DNA of 64,000 bases, from contig JAMCYG010000018.1 in NCBI GenBank assembly GCA_023473425.1, positions 2,046 to 66,045 on the forward strand, read 5' to 3'. Shown one piece after another: positions 9,711-19,076 of this stretch. Each line of letters begins with the position of its first letter. The stretch's first letter is position 1. The notes under the pieces were generated by a model. It saw nothing but the letters and a program-made list of their open reading frames with translations. It searched no databases and was not told the origin of the DNA. Origin of the DNA: Candidatus Marsarchaeota archaeon. GTDB lineage: Archaea > Micrarchaeota > Micrarchaeia > Micrarchaeales > Micrarchaeaceae. A program made the position numbers and the translations under genes.

Positions 9711-10915
9711 TTGAATACCCTTTTTTGGTACCTGTCGAGCTTTGCCATCTTCTTCTTGTCGACGCCGCTGACGTTTGATATGTTTGCAGGGATGCTGAAC
9801 GTCTCTGTTATAGCAGCAGCTTTGGTAAGCTTAGATAGCGCATTCCTGTCACCATCTACTGCTGCAAGTATGAAGTCCTGTATGTTGATTAGAGATTGGT
9901 AGCCTTTTGCTCCCTTATTCTTTGCAAAGTGTTTCGGCACTATGACGAGTAATGGCACTTTCACTATCTCATCAGGTATCACCGTGCCGTGGCCTACGAA
10001 TCCGTGCTCCCCGAACAGTTGCCCATGGTCGGATGTCAAAATTATTATTTGGTCATCGCCAAACTTCTCAAGCAGGTGCCTTATGAGCTCAGAGCCATAC
10101 TTTAGGGCCCTGAAAGCAGCCTTAGAATAGAGCGACTTCCATGCTGATATTAGGCTCTCTTTAGGATCAGCCTTCATGAATGGAGTGGCCCAGTTGAAGT
10201 CCTTACCCTTCTTCCCTATATATGGGTCGTGCGCCTCCATGAAGTTAACGAAAAGAAAGAAGGGCTCCTTGATGTCTAGGCCACTTATGGCCTTCAGCAT
10301 GTTCTTGCCTCCCTTCTCGACAGGCCAGCCGTCTATGAGCTTTGCCCTGAGCTTTTTGTACGCCGCTTTGGGAGTCAGCTTTCCAGCACTCAAAATGAGC
10401 TCGAAGAAGAGGTTTGGATCTTCTCTGATTATCGCGCGTGCCATTCCAAATAGGTCTCCACCATATACATTCCTATATTTTGATACTTTGGGTTTTAGGT
10501 CTTCGGAGATCTCGATCACGCTTCCGAATATGTCAGTGAAGTAGGATTCTGCTACGTACGTATCGAATCCCTCAAAGCCATATATTGGATGTATGTATGG
10601 GTTTGCCGACAGCCCATACGTTGCATAACCCTTGTCCTTGAGCCTTTCTGTAATAGTCTTCTTTGTGAGCTTTATGTTGTCTATGTCAAGAGACTTTATG
10701 GATTTGGTCTCATGACATCCATGCTCTGTTTGGCTCATACCGGTGAATAAAGAGGCATGCGATGGCAAAGTCCATGATCCGGGGGCGATGCATTTCCCGA
10801 ACCTAATGGCATTGAATCCGCTGATTAAATTGGGGTTCTCAGCAATTAGTCTGTCGAACATGTCAAGCCTCATAGTATCGAGCACTATTATTGTGACATT
10901 TGGTTTCTTCTCCAA
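9707..10915 (-). CDS. sulfatase/alkaline-phosphatase superfamily protein
   Basis: N-terminal metal-site region NVTIIVLDTMRLD, plus HASLFTG and ILTSDHGQLFGEHG. Confidence 0.7.
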   Translation of the reverse strand: MEKKPNVTIIVLDTMRLDMFDRLIAENPNLISGFNAIRFGKCIAPGSWTLPSHASLFTGMSQTEHGCHETKSIKSLDIDNIKLTKKTITERLKDKGYATYGLSANPYIHPIYGFEGFDTYVAESYFTDIFGSVIEISEDLKPKVSKYRNVYGGDLFGMARAIIREDPNLFFELILSAGKLTPKAAYKKLRAKLIDGWPVEKGGKNMLKAISGLDIKEPFFLFVNFMEAHDPYIGKKGKDFNWATPFMKADPKESLISAWKSLYSKAAFRALKYGSELIRHLLEKFGDDQIIILTSDHGQLFGEHGFVGHGTVIPDEIVKVPLLVIVPKHFAKNKGAKGYQSLINIQDFILAAVDGDRNALSKLTKAAAITETFSIPANISNVSGVDKKKMAKLDRYQKRVFK

Positions 10916-11027
10916 ATCAGCACCGCGAATGTTATCTTATCTAAACGTAGTTAATCAGACAAATAATAAAAAGCCTCTAGAAGCATTCCGAGCACATAGT
11001 TGGAATCAATTTACCGACAAGGTGCTG

Positions 11028-11099
11028 TGGACTCGGCGGGATTCGAACCCGCGACCCCCCGCTTGCAAAGCGGGTGCACTACCCCTGTGCTACGAGCCC
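11028..11099 (-). tRNA. tRNA-Ala(UGC)
   Basis: GGGCTCG/CGAGTCC acceptor with the G3:U70 Ala identity pair, anticodon arm CCCGC-TTTGCAA-GCGGG, T arm GCGGG-TTCGAAT-CCCGC and discriminator A. No intron and no CCA. Confidence 0.9.
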
Positions 11100-11186
11100 C
11101 GAATACAAGAGAGATTCTACGCTTAATTATAAATATTCGCTGATTTGCTAGTGGCACTTTTGCCGCGCGCAGTGATAAGGATTAGG

Positions 11187-11585
11187 TTACCTTCGCTTCG
11201 AGGACTTTCCGGCTGCTCCCTTCTTTGCCCCCTTCCCGTTATGAGCGTTTTTTTTGATAGCGTGAATGTGCTGACTTATGCTGGGCTTGCCCCCCTTCTT
11301 AGAGAGGCTGACCTTCTTTCTCTTCTCTATTCTTTCGCCTTTCTCGATAGTGCTGCTCTTCTCGACGAACTCAAGTTCTTTTCTTTCCGTAGGCGTAGCA
11401 CCCTTGCTGACCAGCTTGGCCATCATGGTCTCGAACAGCTCATCGTCGGCGGGATCCTGGTCGCCCCTTGAGGTGCTGTACAGCAGAGCGTTCTCCGCTT
11501 CGCTCCTTTGTATTATATCACTGACGGACTTGAACTTCTTTAGCTTCTCCAGCTCTTCCTGAATCTTCTTATTGTTCTTTGCCAT
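11187..11585 (-). CDS. hypothetical Lys-rich basic protein
   Basis: 132-aa ORF with a clean intergenic context, a charged helical N-half and a K/G/A-rich basic tail. No family recognised. Confidence 0.5.
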   Translation of the reverse strand: MAKNNKKIQEELEKLKKFKSVSDIIQRSEAENALLYSTSRGDQDPADDELFETMMAKLVSKGATPTERKELEFVEKSSTIEKGERIEKRKKVSLSKKGGKPSISQHIHAIKKNAHNGKGAKKGAAGKSSKRR

Positions 11586-11699
11586 ATGCTTCTCCCCACC
11601 CGCATTTTATACAGGGGCATAACAATAGAGCCAACATATATAAATTATGTTGGTATGCATACGTCATATGGCGATATACGTTGTACCTGCGCCCATAGA

Positions 11700-13010
11700 T
11701 TATAGAGTATGAGTGCTGCCTATGCTCGGTACGGTTGCCTTGTATTTCTTCGAGATGTCTTCCCTGAACTGCTCTGACTTGCTTTTTTCACCATGCACTA
11801 TGAAAACGTTCTTCAGGCCCTTCACTTTCGTAAGCAGATTGAGCAGCTGCGGCCTATCCGCGTGCGCTGAAAGATGGAATGTCTCAACCTTCAGCTTTAT
11901 CGCTACCTTCTTCTTGTCAATCTCGACCTCCTTTGCGCCGTTCTGGAGCTCATTGCCCAAGGTGCCCTTTGCCTGATACCCAACCATCAAGAGCTTATTA
12001 AGCGGATTTCTAGCCATATGAGTCAGATACTCGAGAACCGGCCCTCCGGAGAGCATGCCGCTCGTAGTGACTATTATCTTTGGCTCTCCGTCCCTGATGA
12101 CCTTCATCCTCGACTGCTTCTTCTCAACCGGCTTGTAGTTGTTGCTCTTGAACGGGTCGTACTCACTCACAAGTATCTTCATCTGAAGCTCTTTCCTGCA
12201 GCTAAGTATGTTGTGCCTATGTATTCTGGTTATCTTGTTTATCATACCGTCTATGTATATCGGCACTTTCGGTATCTTGCCAGAGTTCATATAGTCGTCA
12301 AGGATAAGCAGCACTTCCTGTGCACGCCCGACGGCAAAACTTGGTATTATAACAGACCCATTCTGCATCAGTGTTTCCTTCACGCTATCAACCATGCCTT
12401 TTACGATGGTGTTCTCCGGAGGGAACTTATCATCCCTTCCTGCATACGTGCTCTCGGTTATCAAGGTATCGGCCTTTAGGGTTCTGGTATCAGCCCCCTC
12501 CATCAGCCTGGTCGAAGCCAGGTTTATGTCACCCGTATATAGGACTGTGTGCTTGCCATCGCTAACACTTATAAGCGAGCTGCCGAGTATGTGGCCCGCA
12601 GGTATGAACTTTATGGTGAGGTCCTTCAGCTTGATAGTTTTCATGTACTCAGCTACAACGTAATTCCTCATGAGCCTCCTCAGGCCCTCCTTCGACACGT
12701 TCTCTGGCTCTGAGAGTCGCATGTAATCGTTTATCATAACGTTCAGTATCTCCATGGTCGCCTGGGTGGCGAATACCTTGCGGTCGTATCCTGCACTGTA
12801 TATGTGCGGGAGATAGCCGCAATGATCCAAGTGCGCATGGGATATGAATATCCCGTCTATGTTCTTGAGCTCTGCATCCGGCAGCTTTGGATACGGGTCT
12901 TCATCCCCAACCTTAATGCCAGCATCGAGAAGTATCTTTGATTGCTCTGATATTATCATTATGCAGCTCCTTCCAACTTCTTCCTGTCCTCCGTAAAACT
13001 TTATTTTCAA
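11700..13010 (-). CDS. beta-CASP metallo-beta-lactamase ribonuclease (aCPSF2-like)
   Basis: HAHLDHCG motif, a beta-CASP region and C-terminal HLSAHAD/VHGE motifs. Size about 436 aa. TTG start preceded by aAGGTG. Confidence 0.8.
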   Translation of the reverse strand: MKIKFYGGQEEVGRSCIMIISEQSKILLDAGIKVGDEDPYPKLPDAELKNIDGIFISHAHLDHCGYLPHIYSAGYDRKVFATQATMEILNVMINDYMRLSEPENVSKEGLRRLMRNYVVAEYMKTIKLKDLTIKFIPAGHILGSSLISVSDGKHTVLYTGDINLASTRLMEGADTRTLKADTLITESTYAGRDDKFPPENTIVKGMVDSVKETLMQNGSVIIPSFAVGRAQEVLLILDDYMNSGKIPKVPIYIDGMINKITRIHRHNILSCRKELQMKILVSEYDPFKSNNYKPVEKKQSRMKVIRDGEPKIIVTTSGMLSGGPVLEYLTHMARNPLNKLLMVGYQAKGTLGNELQNGAKEVEIDKKKVAIKLKVETFHLSAHADRPQLLNLLTKVKGLKNVFIVHGEKSKSEQFREDISKKYKATVPSIGSTHTL

Positions 13011-13020
13011 TTTAACACCT

Positions 13021-13078
13021 TTGTTTTTGTTTTTATTTTTATTTTCGTTTTTGTTTTTTTCTGTCTTTGTTTTTGTAT
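13021..13078. repeat. low-complexity T-rich (A-rich on minus strand) tract of degenerate TTTTG/TTTTA units
   Basis: Reads ttgtttttgtttttatttttattttcgtttttgtttttttctgtctttgtttttgt, immediately upstream (on the minus strand) of the aCPSF2-like start. Confidence 0.7.
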
Positions 13079-13261
13079 ATTGTATCTGTACTTTGCGTTT
13101 CGATTTTTATAGTACCCGCCCGCTACCGTTTTCCAGCGCAGGTTCATCTTCTAATCGCATTTATGCACTGCCTACTTGTGTGCGGCTTTTAAAATCCTTT
13201 ACGGTGCGGCAGTGCATAGCCTTTGCAAAAAGTAGCGCGCACCGTGCTTTTGCTGCAAGCA

Positions 13262-14032
13262 TCAGGCGCTCTTCTTCTTCTTTATTATTGCGATATCCTC
13301 GAAGTTTATGGCCTCTTGCTGCTCCCTGAACTGCGGCTTTCTCTCCCGTGGCTCGCGCCTCTCGTACCTTTCGCCTGGCTCCCTGTGCTTGCTGCGTTCT
13401 ATGCCCAGCAGCTTCCTGAGAGCATTGTACTTCTCGTCGAGCTTTGAGTCGACCTCAGCTATCTTCTTCGTAGCAGCTTCTACTTCCTCAGTATATCTCT
13501 TTATGTCGCCTTCCACGAACTCTATCTTCTTCTCGAATCTTATGCTCTTATAGAGATCCTTGAGCTTTGCATTGACTTCTGCTATTTCCTTTACCAGCTT
13601 CCTCTCCTCGCTGAGAGATCTGGCTTCTGTAGATACCCTGAATTCGAGGCTGTTTTTCATCCTCTTCATCTTGCCTATCTGCCTCTTCTGCTCGGTAGTG
13701 TCTGTCTTGTTTTGCTCCATTGTTCGCTTTACGTCTTCTAACTCATGCTCCTTGTATGCCAGCCTCTTCCTGGCTATCTTTACCTTTATTATCGCCTCTA
13801 TCCTTTCCTTCTTAAGCGCGTCTATCTCTTCCTTGAGCTTCGCCGCCTCGGGATTTCCGGACTCAGCTATGAGCCTCATTATCGTTTGGTCGCCGCTAGA
13901 CCTCTGATGCTGCGGGGCGCCGCTCACTCCCTTGTCCCTGCTGCCCTTCGCTGCATTCTGCTGCTGCCCCAGCTCTTCCTTCTTGGAAACGGATGCCTCA
14001 GGCGCAGGGCTTGCAGCACCTTCGCTTTTCAC
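13262..14032 (-). CDS. coiled-coil protein (archaeal COG1340-like)
   Basis: 256 aa with a low-complexity N-terminus, long heptad-like K/E-rich helices and an Arg/Glu/Pro-rich C-terminal region. The assignment is by composition and pattern only. Confidence 0.5.
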   Translation of the reverse strand: MKSEGAASPAPEASVSKKEELGQQQNAAKGSRDKGVSGAPQHQRSSGDQTIMRLIAESGNPEAAKLKEEIDALKKERIEAIIKVKIARKRLAYKEHELEDVKRTMEQNKTDTTEQKRQIGKMKRMKNSLEFRVSTEARSLSEERKLVKEIAEVNAKLKDLYKSIRFEKKIEFVEGDIKRYTEEVEAATKKIAEVDSKLDEKYNALRKLLGIERSKHREPGERYERREPRERKPQFREQQEAINFEDIAIIKKKKSA

Positions 14033-14119
14033 TTCAGCTCCAACTTCTTTAGACTCTACTGGGCCTGATTCTACCAGTCAATCGCCTTTACTTTATTCAC
14101 TTCTCTAACTGTCAAACCG

Positions 14120-15298
14120 TTAAGCAAAACGAGCATATTCGTTGCTCATTGACTTCTTGTAGAAGTCAAGCAACCTGTCAGTAGTGCTGGAAATCGAGTA
14201 TTCCTTTGCTACCCGGTCGGTTATCTTATATGCATCTGTATTATTTATAACTTTTTCTATCTTCCTTGCGCATTCCACACTATCTCCAGGCTTAAACTTC
14301 TCCCCGTTCTTGCCATTGACTATTAGGTCAGACAATGCTAGATAATCCGCCGCAACGACAGGCTTTCCGGACGCCAGCGCCTCGAGGGAAACTATCCCTT
14401 GCGTCTCGAATGTGCTGGGCATGCAGAACAAGTCAGCAGCGGCATAATACTTTGGCAGCATCTCATCTGTTATATAACCCTCAAAGAGAAATCTGTCAGA
14501 AAGGCCCATGCGCTCCACCATGTTCCTGTAATGATTCTCGAACGGGCCCGTGCCCACCATCACGAACCTAACGTCCTTGTTCTTTATTTTCCTCGCTGCT
14601 TTTATCAAAGTATCTATCTTCTTCTCCTTGCTCATTCTCCCAGTGTAGAGCACCATTTTCTTGTATCTCTGGCCCAGAAGCCTCTTCCTCAAGGCGCTGC
14701 CATCTACTTCAGGGCTGAACCTTTTGAGGTCGACACTGTTTGGCACTACCGTTATGTTTTTTATGCCGTGCTTCTGCAAAACGTTCTTCACGCTTTCGCT
14801 TGGCGCTATGACGCCGTTGCATCTGTTGTAGAAGAACCGGGCATACGGCCAGGCGTATTTGGTGAACACCCTCTGCATGTACTTGTTCTTCGATGCATAT
14901 TCCTTTATCACAGATTTCTCGGTAAAGAAGGTATGGAACGTGCCTACCAGTGGTATCCTGTTTGTCCTCGCTATTATCATTGACGAGAAACCCATCATGA
15001 ACGGTGTCTGGGCATGAATTATGTCTATGCCTAGCCTATTGACATCGAAATGTGTTAGGAATGGGAACGCAGCCAGCGTGTACTGTGGATAGTTCTTGAA
15101 CTTTATGCCCCTAACTACGTACACATTGTCCTTCTCCTTAGTTATGAACCTGGAGTTAGGATCACCACTGGTGAATATGTACACCTTATGGCCACGGCGC
15201 TCAAGCTCCTTTTTGAAGTTGATTATCGACGTAACTACGCCGTCGACTGAGGGCTTGTAGGTATCAGTGTAAAATGCGATCTTTAGGGATTCCGACAT
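14120..15298 (-). CDS. GT4-family (group 1) glycosyltransferase
   Basis: N-terminal KIAFYTDTYKPSVDGV and C-terminal domain FCMPSTFETQGIVSLEALASGKPVVAAD. Confidence 0.8.
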   Translation of the reverse strand: MSESLKIAFYTDTYKPSVDGVVTSIINFKKELERRGHKVYIFTSGDPNSRFITKEKDNVYVVRGIKFKNYPQYTLAAFPFLTHFDVNRLGIDIIHAQTPFMMGFSSMIIARTNRIPLVGTFHTFFTEKSVIKEYASKNKYMQRVFTKYAWPYARFFYNRCNGVIAPSESVKNVLQKHGIKNITVVPNSVDLKRFSPEVDGSALRKRLLGQRYKKMVLYTGRMSKEKKIDTLIKAARKIKNKDVRFVMVGTGPFENHYRNMVERMGLSDRFLFEGYITDEMLPKYYAAADLFCMPSTFETQGIVSLEALASGKPVVAADYLALSDLIVNGKNGEKFKPGDSVECARKIEKVINNTDAYKITDRVAKEYSISSTTDRLLDFYKKSMSNEYARFA

Positions 15299-15332
15299 AG
15301 AGCGACCCTATGCGATGGACGTAAACTATTCT

Positions 15333-15734
15333 TTAGAGCTGGACGGCCTTTCCGCCGGCCTTCTCTATCTTCTCGCGGGCTTTCTGTGAGAAGGCAGATG
15401 CCTTTATCTCTGCGGGCTTGGTCAGCGCACCGTTGCTAAGCACCTTGTACTTTCTGAGCTCAAGTGCACCCCCTGCCTTGCTCGTCTCAAGCATGGCGCT
15501 TATCTCCCTTAAGTCTATTTCTTTTAGCTTAGCCTGGTTCCACTTAGTGAAACCCTTTCTGCTGAGCAGCCAGGGAGTTTTTGCAGTCATGTACGTGAAA
15601 TTGTGCTTCTTTCTTACGAGCTTGCCTCCATGACCTCCGCGGTCTCCTGCTCCTCTGGCATTCTTTATGTTGCCTACGCCCCACCTTCTGGTGCCGTGGT
15701 ATTTCCTGTTCTTCTTCTGATGTCTTATCGTCAT
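15333..15734 (-). CDS. rpl15: 50S ribosomal protein uL15 (L15P)
   Basis: MTIRHQKKNRKYHGTRRWGVGNIKNARGAGDRGGHGGK is the characteristic uL15 N-terminus. Confidence 0.9.
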   Translation of the reverse strand: MTIRHQKKNRKYHGTRRWGVGNIKNARGAGDRGGHGGKLVRKKHNFTYMTAKTPWLLSRKGFTKWNQAKLKEIDLREISAMLETSKAGGALELRKYKVLSNGALTKPAEIKASAFSQKAREKIEKAGGKAVQL

Positions 15735-15842
15735 TTAAACACTATATACTCTATATTTTACACTTTTAATTTTTATGTTTCATTTCCTATCTTTTATCAA
15801 CGTATACTTTCCATTTCCATTCTGCGCGGCCGGGCAGGCGAA

Positions 15843-16277
15843 TCACAGCATCCTCTTCAGCAGGCCGTTTATGTCCTCGCCCACATACCCTATTACTCCC
15901 TTCTGGGTCGCATGCTTCTTTATGCTCTTCCTGAATCCGTGCCTTGGAGGGTGCAGCCTGAACGGCATGCTGTCCCTGATCTGCTTCATAGACTCTAGGC
16001 TCGCAGTTGCTTCCTTCGGATCCTTATCAACCCCGTTCTTCTTAAACAGGGCGGCTAAGGTTTCGTCGTCTATCATGCCGAATGCAACGTAGTCGCTGCA
16101 CCTGTTCAGCATGCCAAGATAAGCTGCATTCGCCCTTATCAGCGTGCAATTGTTTACCCTGTTCAACTTCAGCCTTTCTAGCGTATTCTCTATATCGTGG
16201 TCTACGTTGACCCTACCCCTTATTCTTATTACTACCACGAGCTTGTCGTTCAGTGACTTGTAAGATTTCTCAGCCAT
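15843..16277 (-). CDS. rpl30: 50S ribosomal protein uL30 (L30P/L7e)
   Basis: VVVIRIRGRVNVDHDIENTLERLKLNRVNNCTLI. The start is taken at the internal ATG (MAEKSYKS) at 16277. Confidence 0.85.
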   Translation of the reverse strand: MAEKSYKSLNDKLVVVIRIRGRVNVDHDIENTLERLKLNRVNNCTLIRANAAYLGMLNRCSDYVAFGMIDDETLAALFKKNGVDKDPKEATASLESMKQIRDSMPFRLHPPRHGFRKSIKKHATQKGVIGYVGEDINGLLKRML

Positions 16278-16407
16278 AAAAACACGACCTTTTGATTTTG
16301 ACTGCACTTCTGTATGCTTGATTGGTAATCCTGACTCAAGGATTTGTTACACAGCTACTTTTGTAGCAACAATATATAAATTCTTTGCTATTGAGAGGGA
16401 GGACAGG

Positions 16408-17682
16408 CTATCCTGTGAAATCGGAAAGCCCTTTCTGCCTTACAGCGTTCTGCCTGATACCTTTTTTCTTGTTGAGCAGGTCTAGCACGCCAAATACGCC
16501 GTTGTATCCGGGCGTTATGCCTATGTTCTCGTTTCTCACGTTCATTATCGCGTTGGCTATGTCATTGCCGGCAACTGCGGCTATCCGCTCTGGCAGTATA
16601 TCAAGCAGTATGTCGAACTCCGGCCCGAGGGCTGAAATCATCGAGGTATATGTCTCAATAGTGCTCCTTGAATACGAAGTCTTGCCTGTGACATACGCTA
16701 TTACCTCCATTAATGGCACTGCATGCACATAGGGTATGCTACCTTGTGGAACTACCCCTGGCGGCCTGTCGGCAAGGTCATTCACCCTATGTAGCACGCC
16801 TATGACAAGACGCTTGCCGCATATGGGGCATCTTTCTATCTTCGACGCCTCTGGATTCACAGAGAAGTGACAGTTCCTGTGGCCATCGAAGTGATACTTC
16901 CCCTCCTCTGGGTAGAACTCTATGTTCTTGACGAGCTTACTCCTGTCCTTGCTGTTTATGGCTTCTACTAGAGATCTGTAGTTGAAGTGCCTTTTATCAA
17001 TATCAAATACATTGGCCTCGCGCCCCATTTTTGGTAGAGAGTGCATGTCACTATTGCCGAGCAGGGTATACTTATCCAGTTTCGATATCCTCCAGTTCAT
17101 CGGCGAATCGGAGCTGAGGCCCATCTCAAGGGCATGTATATGCTGTGCCTGGTCTTCGTACGCTTCCTCCATCGAATCAAAGCCAGAGAATGCGCCGAAC
17201 ACCCCGAAAAATGGGGTCCATGCGTGTGCAGGAAATATAACCGCATCTTTTGTGATACCGCGCACATTCTCTACCAGTTCTGCCGGGCCCATGCTGAGTG
17301 TGGGCCTGCCGTCGGAATCCATTGCTCCAAATTTTGAAAGTGACTCCCTTACTGCTTCTGCATGCTCTATAGAGGGCAGAAGTATACAGTGATGAATTTT
17401 CTTGGTGTTTGCCCCTCCAGGATTGAACACTGTAGAAACTTCTACACCTAAGATAAATCTCACTCCTGAATCGGACCCCTTCACTTTAAGAAGCCCGGTC
17501 CCTTCGGGATCTTCTAAATCTCTTTTTATCTCTGCAAGCCAGCCCCCATGGGTAAAATCTGCTGTGCTAACTAGGCTTATGCCCTTCTCGAGCGCCGTAG
17601 CTTCCATGCCTTTTATAGTAATGCTGCTGCTGCACGCCATCGCATATCTTGAGTGGGTATGTAAATCTGCTATGACTTTCAT
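16408..17682 (-). CDS. PHP-domain endonuclease, EndoQ-like
   Basis: 424 aa with an N-terminal PHP motif (DLHTHSRYA), conserved His/Asp positions and a Zn-finger-like CPICGKRLVIGVLHRV. Size and layout match archaeal endonuclease Q. Confidence 0.65.
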   Translation of the reverse strand: MKVIADLHTHSRYAMACSSSITIKGMEATALEKGISLVSTADFTHGGWLAEIKRDLEDPEGTGLLKVKGSDSGVRFILGVEVSTVFNPGGANTKKIHHCILLPSIEHAEAVRESLSKFGAMDSDGRPTLSMGPAELVENVRGITKDAVIFPAHAWTPFFGVFGAFSGFDSMEEAYEDQAQHIHALEMGLSSDSPMNWRISKLDKYTLLGNSDMHSLPKMGREANVFDIDKRHFNYRSLVEAINSKDRSKLVKNIEFYPEEGKYHFDGHRNCHFSVNPEASKIERCPICGKRLVIGVLHRVNDLADRPPGVVPQGSIPYVHAVPLMEVIAYVTGKTSYSRSTIETYTSMISALGPEFDILLDILPERIAAVAGNDIANAIMNVRNENIGITPGYNGVFGVLDLLNKKKGIRQNAVRQKGLSDFTG

Positions 17683-17686
17683 CTGA

Positions 17687-18358
17687 TCACACGCTCTTGA
17701 TTACTCCGTTTTTCGGACAGATGACATTCACAGGGCACTGACTGCACAGTGGCACGTTCTTGCACAGTTTCTTTCCGTGCGCCTTCAGGGCATAAGCGAC
17801 CCGTCCCCAATATTTCTTCTCGAGAATAGCCATGAGATCCTTCTCTATCTTGTCAGGATTGGTGTTTGCACTTAGGCCAAGCCTTGGTGATAACTTTATA
17901 ACCCATGTGTCAACAGGTATGCCTTCCACTTTTCCGTATGCATTTATCAGTATAGTATTAGCCGTCTTTCTGCCTATGCCTGGAAGCTCAACAAGCTGAT
18001 CCATGCGGTCAGGAACCCTGCCATTATACTTGTTTACTATCTGCTCGCATGCCTTTATTATATTGCTGGCCTTGTTGCCGGCAAAACTTACGCTCCCGAT
18101 ATACTTTGTAAGCTCGGAAGGCTCTGCCATGGCATAGTCCTTTGCAGTACTGTACTTCGCGAATAGCTTTGGAGTGAGGGCGTTTACCACCTCATCCTTT
18201 GTCTGCGCAGAAAGTATTGCTGCCACAACAAGGTCTATTGGAGTTTTGAAGTTTAGATAGTAGTGGGAGTTATAGCTCTTCAGCAGTATGCTGACGAGGG
18301 AGTTGGCACTTTCCTTGCCGAGCAGTTTTATTCCTCCAGCCATGATTTGGATTGTCAT
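17687..18358 (-). CDS. nth: endonuclease III (Nth) paralog 1
   Basis: HhH-GPD region LPGIGRKTANTIL (catalytic Lys) and VDTWV. The FeS cluster reads CKNVPLCSQCPVNVIC, a C-x5-C-x2-C-x5-C spacing. Confidence 0.85.
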   Translation of the reverse strand: MTIQIMAGGIKLLGKESANSLVSILLKSYNSHYYLNFKTPIDLVVAAILSAQTKDEVVNALTPKLFAKYSTAKDYAMAEPSELTKYIGSVSFAGNKASNIIKACEQIVNKYNGRVPDRMDQLVELPGIGRKTANTILINAYGKVEGIPVDTWVIKLSPRLGLSANTNPDKIEKDLMAILEKKYWGRVAYALKAHGKKLCKNVPLCSQCPVNVICPKNGVIKSV

Positions 18359-18409
18359 GATATATATTTATCCGTTGAGCACACATCATTTTATTGCCTA
18401 ATCTAAGGG

Positions 18410-19075
18410 ATGCGCTTGAGGAAATTGAATGACAAGACGTACATGAGTGAAGTTCTACGTCTGCTCAAGAAAAAGTATAGCGGGCAAATGCAGACTTCGC
18501 TCCATCATGAAACGCCGTGGCAGCTGCTTGTAGCGACCATACTGTCAGCGCAAGCACAAGATGCACAGGTCAACAAAATCACGCCTGCATTGTTTAGAGA
18601 CCTACCAAACGTAAAAGAATATGCTCGAATTAGGCCAACTGCCCTTTACAAGTATATAGGCAGCATAGGGCTGTTTAGGTCAAAAGCCAAGAGCATAGTG
18701 GAATCGGCGAAGATTATAATGAATGAGTACCATGGCAGCGTGCCATACACCATGGATGAGCTGTTGAAGCTCAGAGGGGTGGGAAGAAAAACAGCTAATG
18801 TAGTACTGTCGAATGCATTTGGGACAAACAGCGGTATAGCTATAGACACGCACTGCATAACGGTGGCAAACCGGCTTGGCATTGCACGTACCAGGAATCC
18901 GGTAAAGATCGAGAACAGACTGATGAGTATAGTACCAAAGCACGACTGGTCTAATGTTTCACACTTGTTCATAGCACTAGGAAGAGACGTATGCACCGCA
19001 AGGAAAAAGCGCTGTGGTGAATGCACGCTTAGGAATATATGCCCTTCCAGCACTGCAATGAAGAGAAGGAGATGA
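18410..19075 (+). CDS. nth: endonuclease III (Nth) paralog 2
   Basis: LRGVGRKTANVVL and IDTHC, with a canonical C-x6-C-x2-C-x5-C cluster (CTARKKRCGECTLRNIC). Divergent from paralog 1 across 51 bp. Confidence 0.85.
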   Translation: MRLRKLNDKTYMSEVLRLLKKKYSGQMQTSLHHETPWQLLVATILSAQAQDAQVNKITPALFRDLPNVKEYARIRPTALYKYIGSIGLFRSKAKSIVESAKIIMNEYHGSVPYTMDELLKLRGVGRKTANVVLSNAFGTNSGIAIDTHCITVANRLGIARTRNPVKIENRLMSIVPKHDWSNVSHLFIALGRDVCTARKKRCGECTLRNICPSSTAMKRRR

Positions 19076-19076
19076 C

